From positions 32,001-96,000 of the forward strand of contig CAVQUB010000006.1 in assembly GCA_963716725.1 (NCBI GenBank): a stretch of DNA of 64,000 nucleotides, given 5' to 3'. The stretch's first letter is position 1. The number at the start of each line of letters is the position of its first letter. Source of the stretch: an uncultured delta proteobacterium (GTDB lineage Bacteria; Myxococcota_A; Polyangia; Polyangiales; Polyangiaceae). This document shows positions 1-13,713 of this stretch, in pieces. The notes below the pieces were generated by a model. That model had not been told where the DNA came from. It saw nothing but the letters and a program-made list of their open reading frames with translations, and made no database searches. Both the position numbers and the translations under genes were made by a program.

Positions 1-2
1 CA

Positions 3-311
3 CGCCACGTCTTGGTGATGCACCGCGGCGGCATGCGCGCACCCGACACCATCACGCGCAGCAAAGAAGAAGCCAAGCTGCGGGCGGGCGAGGCCCTGAA
101 GCGCGCACGTGCCGGCGAAGACTTCGCCAAGCTGGTCGGCGAATACTCGGATGAGCCGGGCGCAGGGGCGCGCGGCGGCACGCTGGGACGATTCCCCCGT
201 GGCGTGATGGTCAAGGAGTTCGAGAACGCTGCCTTTAGCCTGGAACCAGGTCAGATCTCCGAAGTGATCGAGAGCCCCTTCGGCTTTCACATCATCCAGC
301 GCACCGAGTAG
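3..311 (+). CDS. Parvulin/PpiC-type peptidyl-prolyl isomerase, 5'-truncated by window edge
   Basis: RHVLV...[13 protein letters not shown]...[35 protein letters not shown] rotamase signature. Confidence 0.9.
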   Translation, partial: RHVLVMHRGGMRAPDTITRSKEEAKLRAGEALKRARAGEDFAKLVGEYSDEPGAGARGGTLGRFPRGVMVKEFENAAFSLEPGQISEVIESPFGFHIIQRTE

Positions 312-312
312 C

Positions 313-1455
313 TCAGCGCAGCATGTGCTTGGCGATCACCATGCGCTGCACTTCGCTGGTGCCTTCGCCGATCTCGCACAGCTTCACGTCACGCAGGTGG
401 CGCTCGACGTCGAACTCTCGCGTGTAGCCGTAGCCGCCGTGGATCTGTAGCGCCTCGTTGCAGGCCCGCGTCGCGGCCTCGCTGGCGAAGAGCTTGGCCA
501 TGGACGCCTCGGGCGCGTAGGGCCGTCCGAGATCGCAGAGCCACGCCGCGCGCCGGATCAGGAGCTCGGCCGCGTCGAGCTCGGTCTGCGAGTCCGCGAG
601 CTTCCACTGAATGGCCTGAAACTCGGCGATCGCCTTGCCGAAGGCCCGGCGGTCCTTGGCGTATTCCAGGGCTGCACCGAGCGCGCCACGCCCGAGCCCG
701 AGCGCCATGGCCGCGATGCTGATGCGGCCGCGATCGAGGATCTTCATCGTGTCGTAGAAGCCCTGGTCCACGGCGCCGACGCGGCTGTCGTCCGGCACCC
801 GTACGTTGTCGAAGGTGAGCTCCACGGTGTCGCTGGAGCGACAGCCGTACTTCTCGAGCTTCTTGCTGGCGGAAAACCCAGCTGTGCCGCGGTCGACGAC
901 GAATGCGGTGATCCCTCGCTGGGGCGGCACGGCCTTGTTCGTTCGCGCGAGCACGACGCAGAAGCCGCCGACGGAGCCCTGCGTGATGAACATCTTGGTG
1001 CCGTTGATCAGCCAATCATCGCCGTCGCGCACCGCCGTCGTCTGCATGCCGGCGCTGTCCGAGCCCGACCCGGGTTCGGTGAGCGCCCAGGCCGCCAGCC
1101 ACTCGCCGCTCGCGGCCTTCGGCAGGTACTTGCGTTTCTGTGCGTCGCTGCCGAAGCTCAGAATGTGGCTGGTGCCGAGCCCGTTGTGGCTGGCCACGGT
1201 GAGCGCGAGCGAACCGTCGACGCGCGCGCACTCCTCGACGCAGATCGCGTACGAGAGCGTGTCCATCGCCGCGCCGCCGTACTCTTCGGGGATGCGGATC
1301 CCGAGCAGGCCGAGCTCCGCGAGCTTCGGCACGATCTCGTGGGGGAAGCGCTCGTCTTCGTCCCACTGCTTGGCGTGCGGGCGCACCTCGCGTTCGCAGA
1401 ACTCGCGCACGCTGGCGCGGAGCAATTGGTGTTGTTCGGATAGCTCGAAGTCCAC
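313..1455 (-). CDS. Acyl-CoA dehydrogenase
   Basis: ALTEPGSGSD, NGTKMFIT, QIHGGYGY, IGEGTSEVQR motifs; 380 aa. Confidence 0.95.
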   Translation of the reverse strand: MDFELSEQHQLLRASVREFCEREVRPHAKQWDEDERFPHEIVPKLAELGLLGIRIPEEYGGAAMDTLSYAICVEECARVDGSLALTVASHNGLGTSHILSFGSDAQKRKYLPKAASGEWLAAWALTEPGSGSDSAGMQTTAVRDGDDWLINGTKMFITQGSVGGFCVVLARTNKAVPPQRGITAFVVDRGTAGFSASKKLEKYGCRSSDTVELTFDNVRVPDDSRVGAVDQGFYDTMKILDRGRISIAAMALGLGRGALGAALEYAKDRRAFGKAIAEFQAIQWKLADSQTELDAAELLIRRAAWLCDLGRPYAPEASMAKLFASEAATRACNEALQIHGGYGYTREFDVERHLRDVKLCEIGEGTSEVQRMVIAKHMLR

Positions 1456-1548
1456 GCCGGCTCTGCTACCACGAGTCCGCGGGGGTCACTACGGAAGCTG
1501 TTCGAGGCCCTTCGAGGCCCCAGAGAATGCGCGGCGGATCAGCCGCGC

Positions 1549-2637
1549 TCACTTGGCATCGCAGAGCTTCTTCAGGTGCTCGGCCTTCTCGGCCTCGGTC
1601 AGGCTGACCTTTTGGACTTCGGCTGCGGCCATGGTGGCCGTGACCACGTACTCCTCGTCGCCGATGCCAAAGACCTGATCGCCCTTGCGGCAGATCATCC
1701 AGGTGATCTTTGGGCTCGCGTCGTCGTCGCGCCGGTCGAAGCTGATGGCGTCGTAGGTGGTGCCCTTGAGCGCCTTCGCGCCGTCGACCTTCTTCAGGGT
1801 CGAGATCACGTCCTTGGCAGCGGCTTCGTCGGTTCGCGCCACGGAGAGCGTGCGCCAGCGCTTGGCGCCGTCTTTGTAGTAACCGATGGCGCCGACGCCG
1901 ACGCCGGAGATGCCCAGCGCGTCCCCGGTGGTGAAGGAGATGCCCATGGGCAGCAGGCCCGCGGCGGGCAGGGCGACGACCGCCTTGGGCGGCTCCTTGT
2001 CGCCGCCGATCTTCTCTCCGAGTGCCTTGGCGATGGGCGGGATGGCCTTGGCCGCGCTCTGCTTGAGCTGATCGGGCGCCTCGACCTCGTTGGTGTACGA
2101 GAGCTCGACCACGTACTCGCCTCGCCAAACGTAGGCGATGCCCGTCCCGGCCGCGGCGGCGCCGCCGGCTTCGAGCTTCGCCGGCGCCGACTCCACCGGA
2201 TCGGCGTCGGCCACGACGCGCTTGGTGAAGAACGCGTAGGCGCCGTCCTTGCTGGCGAAGTGCGAGAGGTTCACGTTGACGGCTCCCGGAGAGCCCTTGC
2301 CGTCCACGTAGCGCAGAGTCACCACGCGCTTCAGGCCGAAGCTTTTGTAGACCTCGCACTCGCCGTCGAAGAGCTCCGTGCAGACCTTGTCCAGGTTGGC
2401 CGGGGCGTTCTCACCGTAGGCGCGGGTCTCGCCGTTGGGATCCACGCAGTAGTCCCCGGCCGTCCGCGCGAACATGCCCGCCGAGACCTTGTCGGAGACG
2501 GTTCCACCGCCGCTGGCGCAGGTCCCTGGCTTGCTGCTCTGGATGGGTGGCGGCGCCGCGCCCCTCTCGGCTTCCGGGGGCTGCTTCTTGTCGCAACCGC
2601 AGAAAAGGACCAGCGCGAAGAGGGGGGCGTACCGCAT
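1549..2637 (-). CDS. Hypothetical lipoprotein
   Basis: Signal peptide ending FCGC, followed by a 362-aa frame with GC3-biased codons. Confidence 0.75.
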   Translation of the reverse strand: MRYAPLFALVLFCGCDKKQPPEAERGAAPPPIQSSKPGTCASGGGTVSDKVSAGMFARTAGDYCVDPNGETRAYGENAPANLDKVCTELFDGECEVYKSFGLKRVVTLRYVDGKGSPGAVNVNLSHFASKDGAYAFFTKRVVADADPVESAPAKLEAGGAAAAGTGIAYVWRGEYVVELSYTNEVEAPDQLKQSAAKAIPPIAKALGEKIGGDKEPPKAVVALPAAGLLPMGISFTTGDALGISGVGVGAIGYYKDGAKRWRTLSVARTDEAAAKDVISTLKKVDGAKALKGTTYDAISFDRRDDDASPKITWMICRKGDQVFGIGDEEYVVTATMAAAEVQKVSLTEAEKAEHLKKLCDAK

Positions 2638-2796
2638 GGGGCGGACTTAGAACGAGGAGGGCGCACAGGCAATTGTTCGGCCGAGGGGGCCGGCCCCCGC
2701 TCTGAAACGATTGCATAGCGCTGCAATCCTTACTGCCCCGCCCCCGGAGCGCGCCTGGAATCACCTGAAAATTCGAGGGGGTCAGCTCGCCCGCCT

Positions 2797-2812
2797 CGGC
2801 ACAGGGCTTGCT
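2797..2812 (+). promoter_or_regulatory. Putative sigma54 (-24/-12) promoter of the minor-pilin operon
   Basis: CGGCAC-AGGGC-TTGCT matches TGGCAC-N5-TTGCW with exact GG-N10-GC spacing, just upstream of in-frame GTG codons at 2825-2833. Confidence 0.65.
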
Positions 2813-2824
2813 CCTGGGTGCCCC

Positions 2825-3520
2825 GTGGTGGTGCGCGTACGAAATTGTGTCAGGCGGCTGGCGGGCCTCGGCGGGGGGCCCCGGCGGGGCTTCACCCTCA
2901 TCGAGTTGATGGTGGTGGTCATCATCATCGGCGCCCTGGCGGCCCTGGCGATCCCGACCATCAGCGGTCAGATGCGCTCGCGCCGGGCGCAGTTCGCGGC
3001 CAAAGAGGTCTCGAACCTCTACCGCGGCGCGCGCATGCGGGCCATGGGGCGCGGCTCGGCGGTGCTGGTGCGCTTCGATCGCACTGTCGACACCGACGAG
3101 GGGCGCTTCACCGTGCGCGAGGCCGTGCGGGGCGAGGTCGGCAACGCCGACTGCGACAGCATGCCCGTCGCGAGCTGCACCGTGCCCGACTGGACTCCCG
3201 GCGCGGCTCCGCTGCAGAGCCAGGCCATCGGGGGCCTGACGCTCAAAGGGCGCGCCGAGTACGAGAGCATCCGGGCCCGCGCCAGGAATCCGGGAAACGC
3301 CGATCAAACCGTGATGGACGTGTGCTTCACCCCGATGGGGCGCGCATTCGTGAGATACGCGGCCAACGGCCCCTTCACGCCGCTCACCGCCGTTCCGCGC
3401 GTATTGCTCTCACGGGTCGACACCGGATCGGGCGTTCCCATCGGCCCGGTGCGCTGGGTGCTCGTGCTCCCGAACGGGAGCGCACGGCTCGGCACCGCAA
3501 CCTTGGAGGCGTCGCTGTGA
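2825..3520 (+). CDS. FimT/FimU-like type IV minor pilin (start approximate)
   Basis: Class III prepilin signal RRG/FTLIELMVVVIIIGALAALAIP; first gene of the cluster. Confidence 0.8.
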   Translation: MVVRVRNCVRRLAGLGGGPRRGFTLIELMVVVIIIGALAALAIPTISGQMRSRRAQFAAKEVSNLYRGARMRAMGRGSAVLVRFDRTVDTDEGRFTVREAVRGEVGNADCDSMPVASCTVPDWTPGAAPLQSQAIGGLTLKGRAEYESIRARARNPGNADQTVMDVCFTPMGRAFVRYAANGPFTPLTAVPRVLLSRVDTGSGVPIGPVRWVLVLPNGSARLGTATLEASL

Positions 3521-4125
3521 GCGTCAAGGCGCGCTTCCGTCGCGGCTACACCGCCGTCGAGTTGCTGATGGCCATCAGCATCTTCGCCATCGGCGCGTCG
3601 GGCGTCATCGCGATGCAGAAGGTCACCGTGCACGCCAGCAAGCACGCGCGGGATCTGACCATCGCCACCCACGTCGCCCAAGCCTGGCTCGACCAACTCA
3701 CCACCGACGCGGCGGCCTGGAACCACCCCTCGCCGAAGGTCGTGACGCCCGATCTGAACGACACGACCTGGCTGCAGCTCGTGACGAACAACGCGGGCGT
3801 GTGGGTTCGCCCGGCGTACAGCGGCGTGCGCGCCTTTGGCGCGGGCTTCGATGCGCTGGGCAACCCGGTCTCGGACGCCAACTCCGGCCAAGCGGTGTTC
3901 TGCGCGCACATCCGCCTGTCGCCGCTCTACCCCTGGCTGACCACCGGCAACGGGCTGATCCGCACCGAGGTCCGGGTCTTCTGGTTGCGCGACGGTCAGG
4001 GCGCCCCCATCAACGGCCAGCCGATTTGCGACGCCGCTACCTTGCCGGCCCTCGTCGACGACGCCGGGCTCAAATATCACTTCGTCCACCAGGCCTCCGC
4101 CGCCAAACAGAACACCGCACCGTGA
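3517..4125 (+). CDS. pilV: PilV-like type IV minor pilin
   Basis: GTG overlapping upstream stop (GTGA); RRG/YTAVELLMAISIFAIG prepilin motif; operon position. Confidence 0.75.
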   Translation: MSVKARFRRGYTAVELLMAISIFAIGASGVIAMQKVTVHASKHARDLTIATHVAQAWLDQLTTDAAAWNHPSPKVVTPDLNDTTWLQLVTNNAGVWVRPAYSGVRAFGAGFDALGNPVSDANSGQAVFCAHIRLSPLYPWLTTGNGLIRTEVRVFWLRDGQGAPINGQPICDAATLPALVDDAGLKYHFVHQASAAKQNTAP

Positions 4126-5405
4126 TGTCGATCGGCACCCTCTCCACCCTTCGTCTAGCCCGTCGCCGCGGTCACCGGCGGGGCTTCACCCTCGTCGAGC
4201 TGATGGTCGCCGTCACCGGCGGGCTCTTCGTCTCGCTGGCGGTCTTCGCCATCTCGCGACAGACCGGCCGCTTCTACACCCGCGAGACCCGGGTCACGGA
4301 CGCAACGCTCGCGTCGATGGTGGGCTTCGAGCGCATCAAGGCCGACCTAGGACGCGCCGGGTTTCTCTCGAGCCCCAACATCACGGTGGATCCCAACCTG
4401 TGCGGCTCGCCGGTGGCTTACCCCTACATGCTGCGCCGGCTCTCGCCGCTGCGCATCCTCCCGGGAACCTCCCCCGCCGCGCTCTCCCAGCACATGATCG
4501 ACAACGGGCGCACGCCGGACGAGCTGATCGTCATGGGCAGCTACACCGGAGCGGAGGTCTTCCCGATCTGGAACGTGGACGTCGTCGGCAACGAGTTCAT
4601 CGTGCACTTGCAGAGCTTGACCGGGCCCCTGGGGCGCATGGGCTACGCCGCCTCGGCCAACAAACAAGCCATGCTCGAGGCCATCTTCGGCTCGGCGCGC
4701 GGGCGCGGGCTGCGCATCCAAGACCAATCCGGCGAAGTGCAGTACGGGACCATCAATCGGGTCGAGACTGCGCTCACCCCCCGCGTGGTCCTCGAGCAGC
4801 AACCGGGCCTCTTGTTCCGGCAGGGCGCCGGCAACGTCTGCGGCCTCAAGGGCAACGTGACCGGCGCCGTGGTCAACGTCGTCAATTTCGTCCGCTACGA
4901 CCTCCGCAACATCCAGGCGAACGCCAACTACGCTGCCCTCTACTCCACGGGCGGCCACCCCTACGACTCGACCACGCGTTTCGATCTGGTCCGCGCCGAG
5001 CTCGACACCGCCGGCGTGCTCATCGCCGGAACCGAGGAGCTGATCTCGGAGTACGCGGTGGATTTCAAGCTGGGCATCACCCACGCCGACAACCTGGTGC
5101 CGTCGACGACGGATCAGACCCTGCAAGAGTACCCGGCCAGCAACCCTGGGGCGATCTCGGCCCGAGCTGGCGATCTGGTGGGCGAAATCGCCGTCCAGAG
5201 CAACGGCCCGCAGCGAGTGCGCGCCGTGCGGGTGCGACTCGCGGTGAGGTCGCAGGAGCCCGACCGCGACACCAGCCCGGCCCCCCCCATCGCGGGCCAG
5301 TTCTTCCGGGTGGGCCTCGGGCCGAGCGCGGGGGCGCCCTTCGCTCGCGTCCGCACGGTCCAGGCCGACGTGGCTCTCAACAATCAGACGGCGGTTTTCT
5401 TCTGA
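4125..5405 (+). CDS. pilW: PilW-like type IV minor pilin
   Basis: TGATG coupling; RRG/FTLVELMVAV; C-terminal RVRAVRVRLAVRS typical of PilW. Confidence 0.8.
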   Translation: MSIGTLSTLRLARRRGHRRGFTLVELMVAVTGGLFVSLAVFAISRQTGRFYTRETRVTDATLASMVGFERIKADLGRAGFLSSPNITVDPNLCGSPVAYPYMLRRLSPLRILPGTSPAALSQHMIDNGRTPDELIVMGSYTGAEVFPIWNVDVVGNEFIVHLQSLTGPLGRMGYAASANKQAMLEAIFGSARGRGLRIQDQSGEVQYGTINRVETALTPRVVLEQQPGLLFRQGAGNVCGLKGNVTGAVVNVVNFVRYDLRNIQANANYAALYSTGGHPYDSTTRFDLVRAELDTAGVLIAGTEELISEYAVDFKLGITHADNLVPSTTDQTLQEYPASNPGAISARAGDLVGEIAVQSNGPQRVRAVRVRLAVRSQEPDRDTSPAPPIAGQFFRVGLGPSAGAPFARVRTVQADVALNNQTAVFF

Positions 5406-6113
5406 TGGCCCCTAGACGTATTCGCAGAAGCCCGAACGAGCGCGGCGCCGCGGTGTTCGTGGTGGTGCTCGCCATCACGCTGCTCACGGCCATCGGCGTG
5501 TTCGCCGTGCGCAACGCCAGTCTGGTCGAACAAGCCGCAGGCTACGGACGCCAGGCGTCGCAGACGGCCTATTTGACCGAGTACGCGGCGCGAGCGGTGG
5601 CTGCCGAGGTGGGTGACGGCGGAGCCCGGACTTACATCGACAAGGTCGCGACTGGCACCGACGAGTGCTTCGCGAACAGGCAACTCAACGCGACCGCCCT
5701 GGGTGCGGGCATCACGTACCTGCCCTGCTACAAGCTCTTCTACACCGACGTCGGCAAGCGCGTGGACGCGCACTTCCCGAGCAAGCTCCTGCTCGAGCAA
5801 CAACAGACCAACGCCGTCGGCAGCCTGGGGCCGAAGCTCGACCTGACCGGCGCCATGACGGCGATGGAAGGCATCTTCGTGGTCGAGATGACGGACCCCG
5901 CCGAGAGCACTCCCACGCCCGGCTCGGCCGTGGGGAGCAACAACCCCGCCAACACCTTCCGGGACGTGCAGCTCACGTTCACGGCTTTCGCCCGAAATCC
6001 GCCCCATCGGTGCCAATCCGGCTCAACCGTGGTGCGCAACACAATCGCTTTCGACGTCGGCCAGTGTCACCTCGCTGCGCTCGCACGTCACTCTTAGGAA
6101 CGTCCCGCGGTGA
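5405..6113 (+). CDS. pilX: PilX-like minor pilin with a +1 frameshift at ~5995 (AAA run)
   Basis: ERG/AAVFVVVLAITLLTAIG lacks Glu5, as in PilX; removing one A gives ...FARIRPIGANPAQPWC...NVPR-TGA (6111-6113), just before the pilY1 RBS. Confidence 0.7.
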
Positions 6114-6123
6114 GGAGAGAACG

Positions 6124-9100
6124 ATGAGGCAGTCTTCCCGGCTTTTGCTCGGATCCGCGCTGGCGCTTGGCGCAGTGCTCACGGCACCGCGCGTCGGCGC
6201 GCAGGTCGACGTCAACCCTCCGCCGCCGAACGTGCTCCTGCTCGTCGATACCTCCGGGTCCATGGAGTACAAGTCGTCGAGTTCGAGCTTTCCGTCTTGC
6301 AACCCGACCCAGAACAACGTCAGCGAAAAGAGCCGCTGGATCGAGCTGGTCGAGGTGATGACCGGATCGATCGAAGACTACCGCTGCGAGTCCATCGACA
6401 GGAACGGCGCCGGGTTCAACACCGAGTACAGCATCAGCGGCACCGATCCGCCCGACCGCTACTACTCGAACCCCTACCACCGGCCCATGAGCAAGAAGTG
6501 CGCGCCCGGTCCGGGCACCCTGCCGGCCAACGCCTTCGATTGGGAAGACATCCGCTTCCGCGAGTACGACGACATCAACAAGAACTGCAACTTCGATCAA
6601 GATCCGGACGGCCTGCTCGACGACGGCGCCTTCCGCAAGAGCGTGCGCTTCGGGCTGATGACCTTCGACACCCACGCCGACCCCAAGCACGGCTACGCCG
6701 GCACCGTGGCGAACTACCCGAACGGGCGCGACGGCGCCTGGAGCTACTTCCTCGGCAGCTCGAAGCAGGGCAAGCCCGTGGGTTGCGCCGTCGATGCGGA
6801 CATGGAGGTCGGTGCACGCAACAACGCCGCGCTGCCCTGGGAGGGTCGTCTGATGACCTTCAGGCAGCCCACGGACAACCCCGAGACGCAGAACGATCGC
6901 ATCCAGCAGGTGCTGCTCGGGACCCGGCCTTACGGCGCGACGCCCATCGCCGGCATGCTCGACGACGCGCGGGAGTTCCTCTGGAACGACACGACCCCGA
7001 GATCCGCTGAGCCCCGGCAAAGAGCTCGGACCCAAGAACGACCCCTTCGTCGGCGGCGGCTGCCGCAAGAACCACGTCATCTTGCTCTCGGACGGCGAGC
7101 CGAACATGGACCTGCGCCCCTGGTGCGAGCCCAACTGCCCCTATCCGAAGCCCGAGGACACGGCGCTCACCTTGTCCACGGCTGCCGGCGCCAAGGCAGT
7201 GCCAGTGTTCGTGATCGGCTTCGCCGTCTCGAACATCACCCTTTCCAACGCCACCAACGTGGACTGCAAGAATCTGTCGCAGTTCGACCTGTCGAACGTG
7301 GCGGGCCTGTGCGCCACGTTCCCGGCTGAGTCGCAGCTCCAGGCCTGCTGCTCGCTCAATCGCATCGCGTACAACGGCGGGACCACGCGAGCCTTCTTCG
7401 CGGCCGACAAAGACGAGCTGCGCGCGGCGCTCTCGTCCATCCTGTCGGGGATCGCTGCGGCCACCTCCAGCCGCACCTTGCCGGTATTTGCGTCGGTGCC
7501 GGGCGGCTCCTCGGGCACGGGGCCCGCGGGCTTCCGTTTCTACAGCTCCTTCAAGCCCACGCAGTTCGGCCTCTGGAAGGGCATCCTCGAGCGCCAGCGC
7601 CTCATGTGCGTGCCCGACGTCAACACCGGGACAGTCGATCCGACGCCGCAGCCCCTCGACACGAGCAAGGGCGACGACTTCGTCCACAACGTGAACTCGG
7701 GCAACGGCCCGACACGGAACTTCTGGACCGTGGTGGGCACCGACAACGCCGGCAAGATCGACTCCGAGCGCAGCATCCGCCCGACCATCGGCACGGACAA
7801 GGACGGCATCGGGACCTACGGCGGAACCTCGGTCTGGGGCGGTGCGCAAAACTGGAACGACAACACACCGCCCGCGGCGATGAAGATCGACGGCACCACC
7901 TGCAAAATCGCTGGAACGCCCCCGACCTTCTTGACCGACGTCCAGTGCCGCGACCGCCACCTCAAGTGGCTCACGGGGCTCGACACGACGTCGTCGTACT
8001 CGCGCTGCCCGGTTCCGGGCGCGGCGAGCTGCAACTTGATCGGCGACGTCTTCCACTCGACGCCCCGCGTGATCGCGCGCCCGGACGAGCTCTTGCGCGA
8101 CGAGTCCTACCAGATCTTCGCGCTCAAAGAGGCCAAGCGCCACACCGTGCTCTACGCCTCCACCAACGACGGCTTCTTGCACGCCTTCAAGGTGGCCTCG
8201 GGTGACCCCGCCAGCGGCGACCCCCTGCTGGTCGACAAAGCCGAGAACAACGAGCTCTGGGCCTTCATGCCGCCGGCGGTGTTGCCCGCCGTGCAGAGCG
8301 AGTATCCGCCAGCGCACCAGACCCTGCTCGACGGCGTGCCAGTCATCCAAGACGTGGTCGCGCGGGAGGACCCGCCGAGCAGCGGCACCTTCAAGTTCGA
8401 ACGCAGCGCGGCTGACGCCCAAGGCGGCCTGGGCCAGTGGCGGACGATCCTGGTGCAGAGCTTCGGCGGCAACCGCGGCGGATACTTTGCCCTCGACGTC
8501 ACCGATCCCGTCCCCAACGTCGACCCCAAGAAGGGCCCCAAGTTCCTCTGGCAGCTCACCGAGTACGACGACGGCGATCCGCTCTTCGGGCGCGGCGGCA
8601 CGACGCCGCTGGTCACGACGATCTTCTTCGACGACGGCACCGGCGCGAAGGAGGTCGCGGTCGCCATCCTCCCGGGCGGCGAGGATCCGGATCCCCCGAA
8701 GGCCGCCCAGAAGAAGAACCGCAAAGATCAGACCCCCTCCAACGTGGACAACCGCTTCACCCCTCGCGTCGAGGTCCCGGAATACGAGGACAAGAAGGAG
8801 AACCACGCAGCACGGGCCATCACGGTCGTTCGGCTCGACACGGGCGAGGTGATCCGGAGCTTCCGGGCCGACAAGAGCAAGGCGGGCAAGCTCGACGGCA
8901 AGAGCCGCACCCTCGAAGTGGACATCGACTCGCCCATCACCGGCATTCCGGTGGCGTTCCCCGGAACCACCGGCTCCGTCACCGACCGCGTGTTCGTGGG
9001 GGACCGCGACGGCACGCTGTGGCGCATGGACCTCTCCGCAACCGATCCGGACCAGTGGAAGTTCGCGATGTTCTTCGACCTGTACGCCGGCCAGAGTTGG

Positions 9101-9808
9101 GACGCGGGCCAGCCCATCGCAACGGCACCGGTCTTGTCGGTGGATCTCCTGGGCAACGTCACCGTCGCCGTGTCCACCGGCGAGCAGGACGTGCTCTTGG
9201 CGCAGACCGGCCAGAAGAACTTCGCCTTCTCGCTGCTCGAGCGCCTGAACGCTGGCGGCACCGCCTACGAGTCACGCGCCAACTGGCTGGTCCAGCTCGA
9301 CGACGGAGAGCGTGTCACCGGCCCGGTCTCCCTCTTCAACGGAGCCCTCTACTTCACCAGTTACAAGCCAGAGGCTTCCAACTCGGGCACCGCCTGCGGT
9401 CAAGGGACCAGCCGCGTCTGGGGCATGGACTACCTCGTGGCCAAGACCGCCGGCAACGCCGTCAGCGATCTCGACGACGGCGGCAAGCCGCGCATGCCCG
9501 ACAGCGGCAACCTGGTGCAGTTCATCGACAACAACACCGCGGTGCTGGCCAACGCGGGCATCATCTTCGGCGTGGGCGTCACGCAGATGCCCTCGTGTAC
9601 CGCCGAGCAGGGCGTGACCGACAGCTTCTTCGGCTCGGGGACCCACACCTCGATCACCAGCATGACGCCAGGCAAGTTCCAGCTCGTCATGCACACCTCC
9701 GGCCAGGGCAACGTCACCGACGGCTCGCAGACCGAGCGCATCGAAATCGACCTGCCCACGCCGCCGTCGACGAGCCGGATTGATTCCTGGGCCGCGTTGG
9801 TGGAGTGA
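6124..9808 (+). CDS. pilY1: PilY1/PilC-type pilus tip adhesin with N-terminal VWA domain; +1 frameshift at ~6995-6998 (CCCC)
   Basis: Signal peptide, LLLVDTSGSM MIDAS, GATPIA, LLSDGEP; C-terminal GDVFHSTP, YASTNDGFLHAF, ELWAFMP, YFALDVTDP, VFVGDRDG.LWR PilC propeller motifs. Confidence 0.88.
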
Positions 9809-10341
9809 TCAGCGCGCCCACCGTGAATCCAACCACCGCCATCGGGCTCGCGATCGGGCTCGCCTTCGGAGCGCTCCCGGGCTGCGAGAGCAAGCAGCGC
9901 ATCGAGTTCGGCCCCAGCGCGTCGAGCTCGGCGAGGCCGATGGACCGCCTCGCGCCCGGGGAGCTCGCGCCCGGAGTCGCCGAAGTGTGGGGTTTCGTTG
10001 CCCCGCGCGAGATGCGCCTGGACCAGCGATTCCCCGCCGAGGCCTTCTTCGTCGGCGCCGTCGCGGCCGAGTCCGTGGCCAACTACGTGCGCGAGCGCGT
10101 CGACGCGGAGCGGGTCGAAATCGGCGCAGCCCGCACCGTCTTCCCCGCAGCGCGCATCAAGTCCGGCAAGCCCGATCGCGTGTACCGCTTCGAGGTGCTG
10201 AAAGTCGGCGCGGGCGCGCGGCTGGTCATCAAAGACATCACGCCGCCCCCGCTCGAGCCGGGTCTCAGCGACGAAGACCGCTGGCGCAAGGCTGGCCTCA
10301 CTCCCGACGGAAAGCCCCTCGACCCCAAGAAGGTGGAGTGA
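9805..10341 (+). CDS. Hypothetical lipoprotein at the end of the pilus operon
   Basis: GTGA overlap with pilY1 stop; hydrophobic stretch ending LPGC. Confidence 0.65.
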   Translation: MISAPTVNPTTAIGLAIGLAFGALPGCESKQRIEFGPSASSSARPMDRLAPGELAPGVAEVWGFVAPREMRLDQRFPAEAFFVGAVAAESVANYVRERVDAERVEIGAARTVFPAARIKSGKPDRVYRFEVLKVGAGARLVIKDITPPPLEPGLSDEDRWRKAGLTPDGKPLDPKKVE

Positions 10342-10384
10342 TCGCCGGCCGGTCGTGGCATCCTCTCGGGCAGGAGGCGGGAAC

Positions 10385-10741
10385 ATGCTCACACGCAAAG
10401 ATTTCTTGAGTTCGGCGCTCTTGGCCGTCGGCGGCGCCCTCGGGCTCGGCATGACCAACGCTGGTTGCGGCGGCGACGACGACGGCGGCGGCGGCGGCGG
10501 CGGCGGGACCAAGAGCTGCAGCAGCTCGTTCAGCAACAACCACGGCCACAGCCTGGGCGTCTCGCAGGCCGATGTCGACGCGGCGCAGAACAAGACCTAC
10601 AGCGTCAAGGGATCGGGCGACCACGACCACGAGGTGCTGCTCACCGCCAACCACTTCGCCAGCCTGAAGGCCGGCCAGAGCGTGTTCGTGGACTCCTCCG
10701 ACACCGGCCACATGCACACCGTCACGGTCAAGTGTAGCTGA
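10385..10741 (+). CDS. Small Tat-like lipoprotein with three HxH motifs (putative metal binding)
   Basis: AGGAGG RBS; TRKDFL Tat-like motif, NAGC lipobox, Gly linker, NHGH/DHDH/GHMH. Confidence 0.75.
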   Translation: MLTRKDFLSSALLAVGGALGLGMTNAGCGGDDDGGGGGGGGTKSCSSSFSNNHGHSLGVSQADVDAAQNKTYSVKGSGDHDHEVLLTANHFASLKAGQSVFVDSSDTGHMHTVTVKCS

Positions 10742-10790
10742 CTCCCGAAGAGTCTAGCGTCTGCGTGGAGTTCGCGGTACGCCAGCGGCC

Positions 10791-11906
<1,116 letters not shown>

Positions 11907-11942
11907 AGCAACCCGGCACTTCAACCGAGAAGCGAGCGAGCG

Positions 11943-12346
11943 ATGAGCGCGAACGACGTCAAGGACGACCGCAAGTACACCAAGGACCACGAGTGGGCGA
12001 AGCGTGAGGGCAGCGAGGTGCTGATCGGCATCACGGCCTTCGCCGTGGAGCAACTCGGAGACATCACGCTGGTCAACATCGACGTGAAGCCGGGGGACGC
12101 GGTCACGGCGAACAAGAACTTCGGGACCATCGAGAGCGTCAAGACCTTGAGCGACCTGTTCGCTCCGATCAGCGGAAAGATCACGCGCGTGAACGCCGAA
12201 CTCGAAAACAAGCCCGAGCTCGTCAACGAGGACTGCTGGGACAAGGCGTGGATGATCGCCATCGAACCCGCCGACTGGGACGCCGACGCCGCTACCCTGC
12301 TCGACGCCGCGGCCTACGAGAAGCACGTCGCGGAGTCCGCCCACTG

Positions 12347-12347
<1 letters not shown>
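11943..12347 (+). CDS. gcvH: Glycine cleavage H protein
   Basis: YTKDHEW, IGITAFAVEQLGD, IESVK lipoyl-Lys. Confidence 0.97.
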
Positions 12348-13702
<1,355 letters not shown>

Positions 13703-13713
13703 AGAGGAAGGCC

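Noticed and set aside
10742..10790. Glycine riboswitch upstream of gcvT
   Set aside because: Only 49 bp of intergenic space and no recognisable aptamer.
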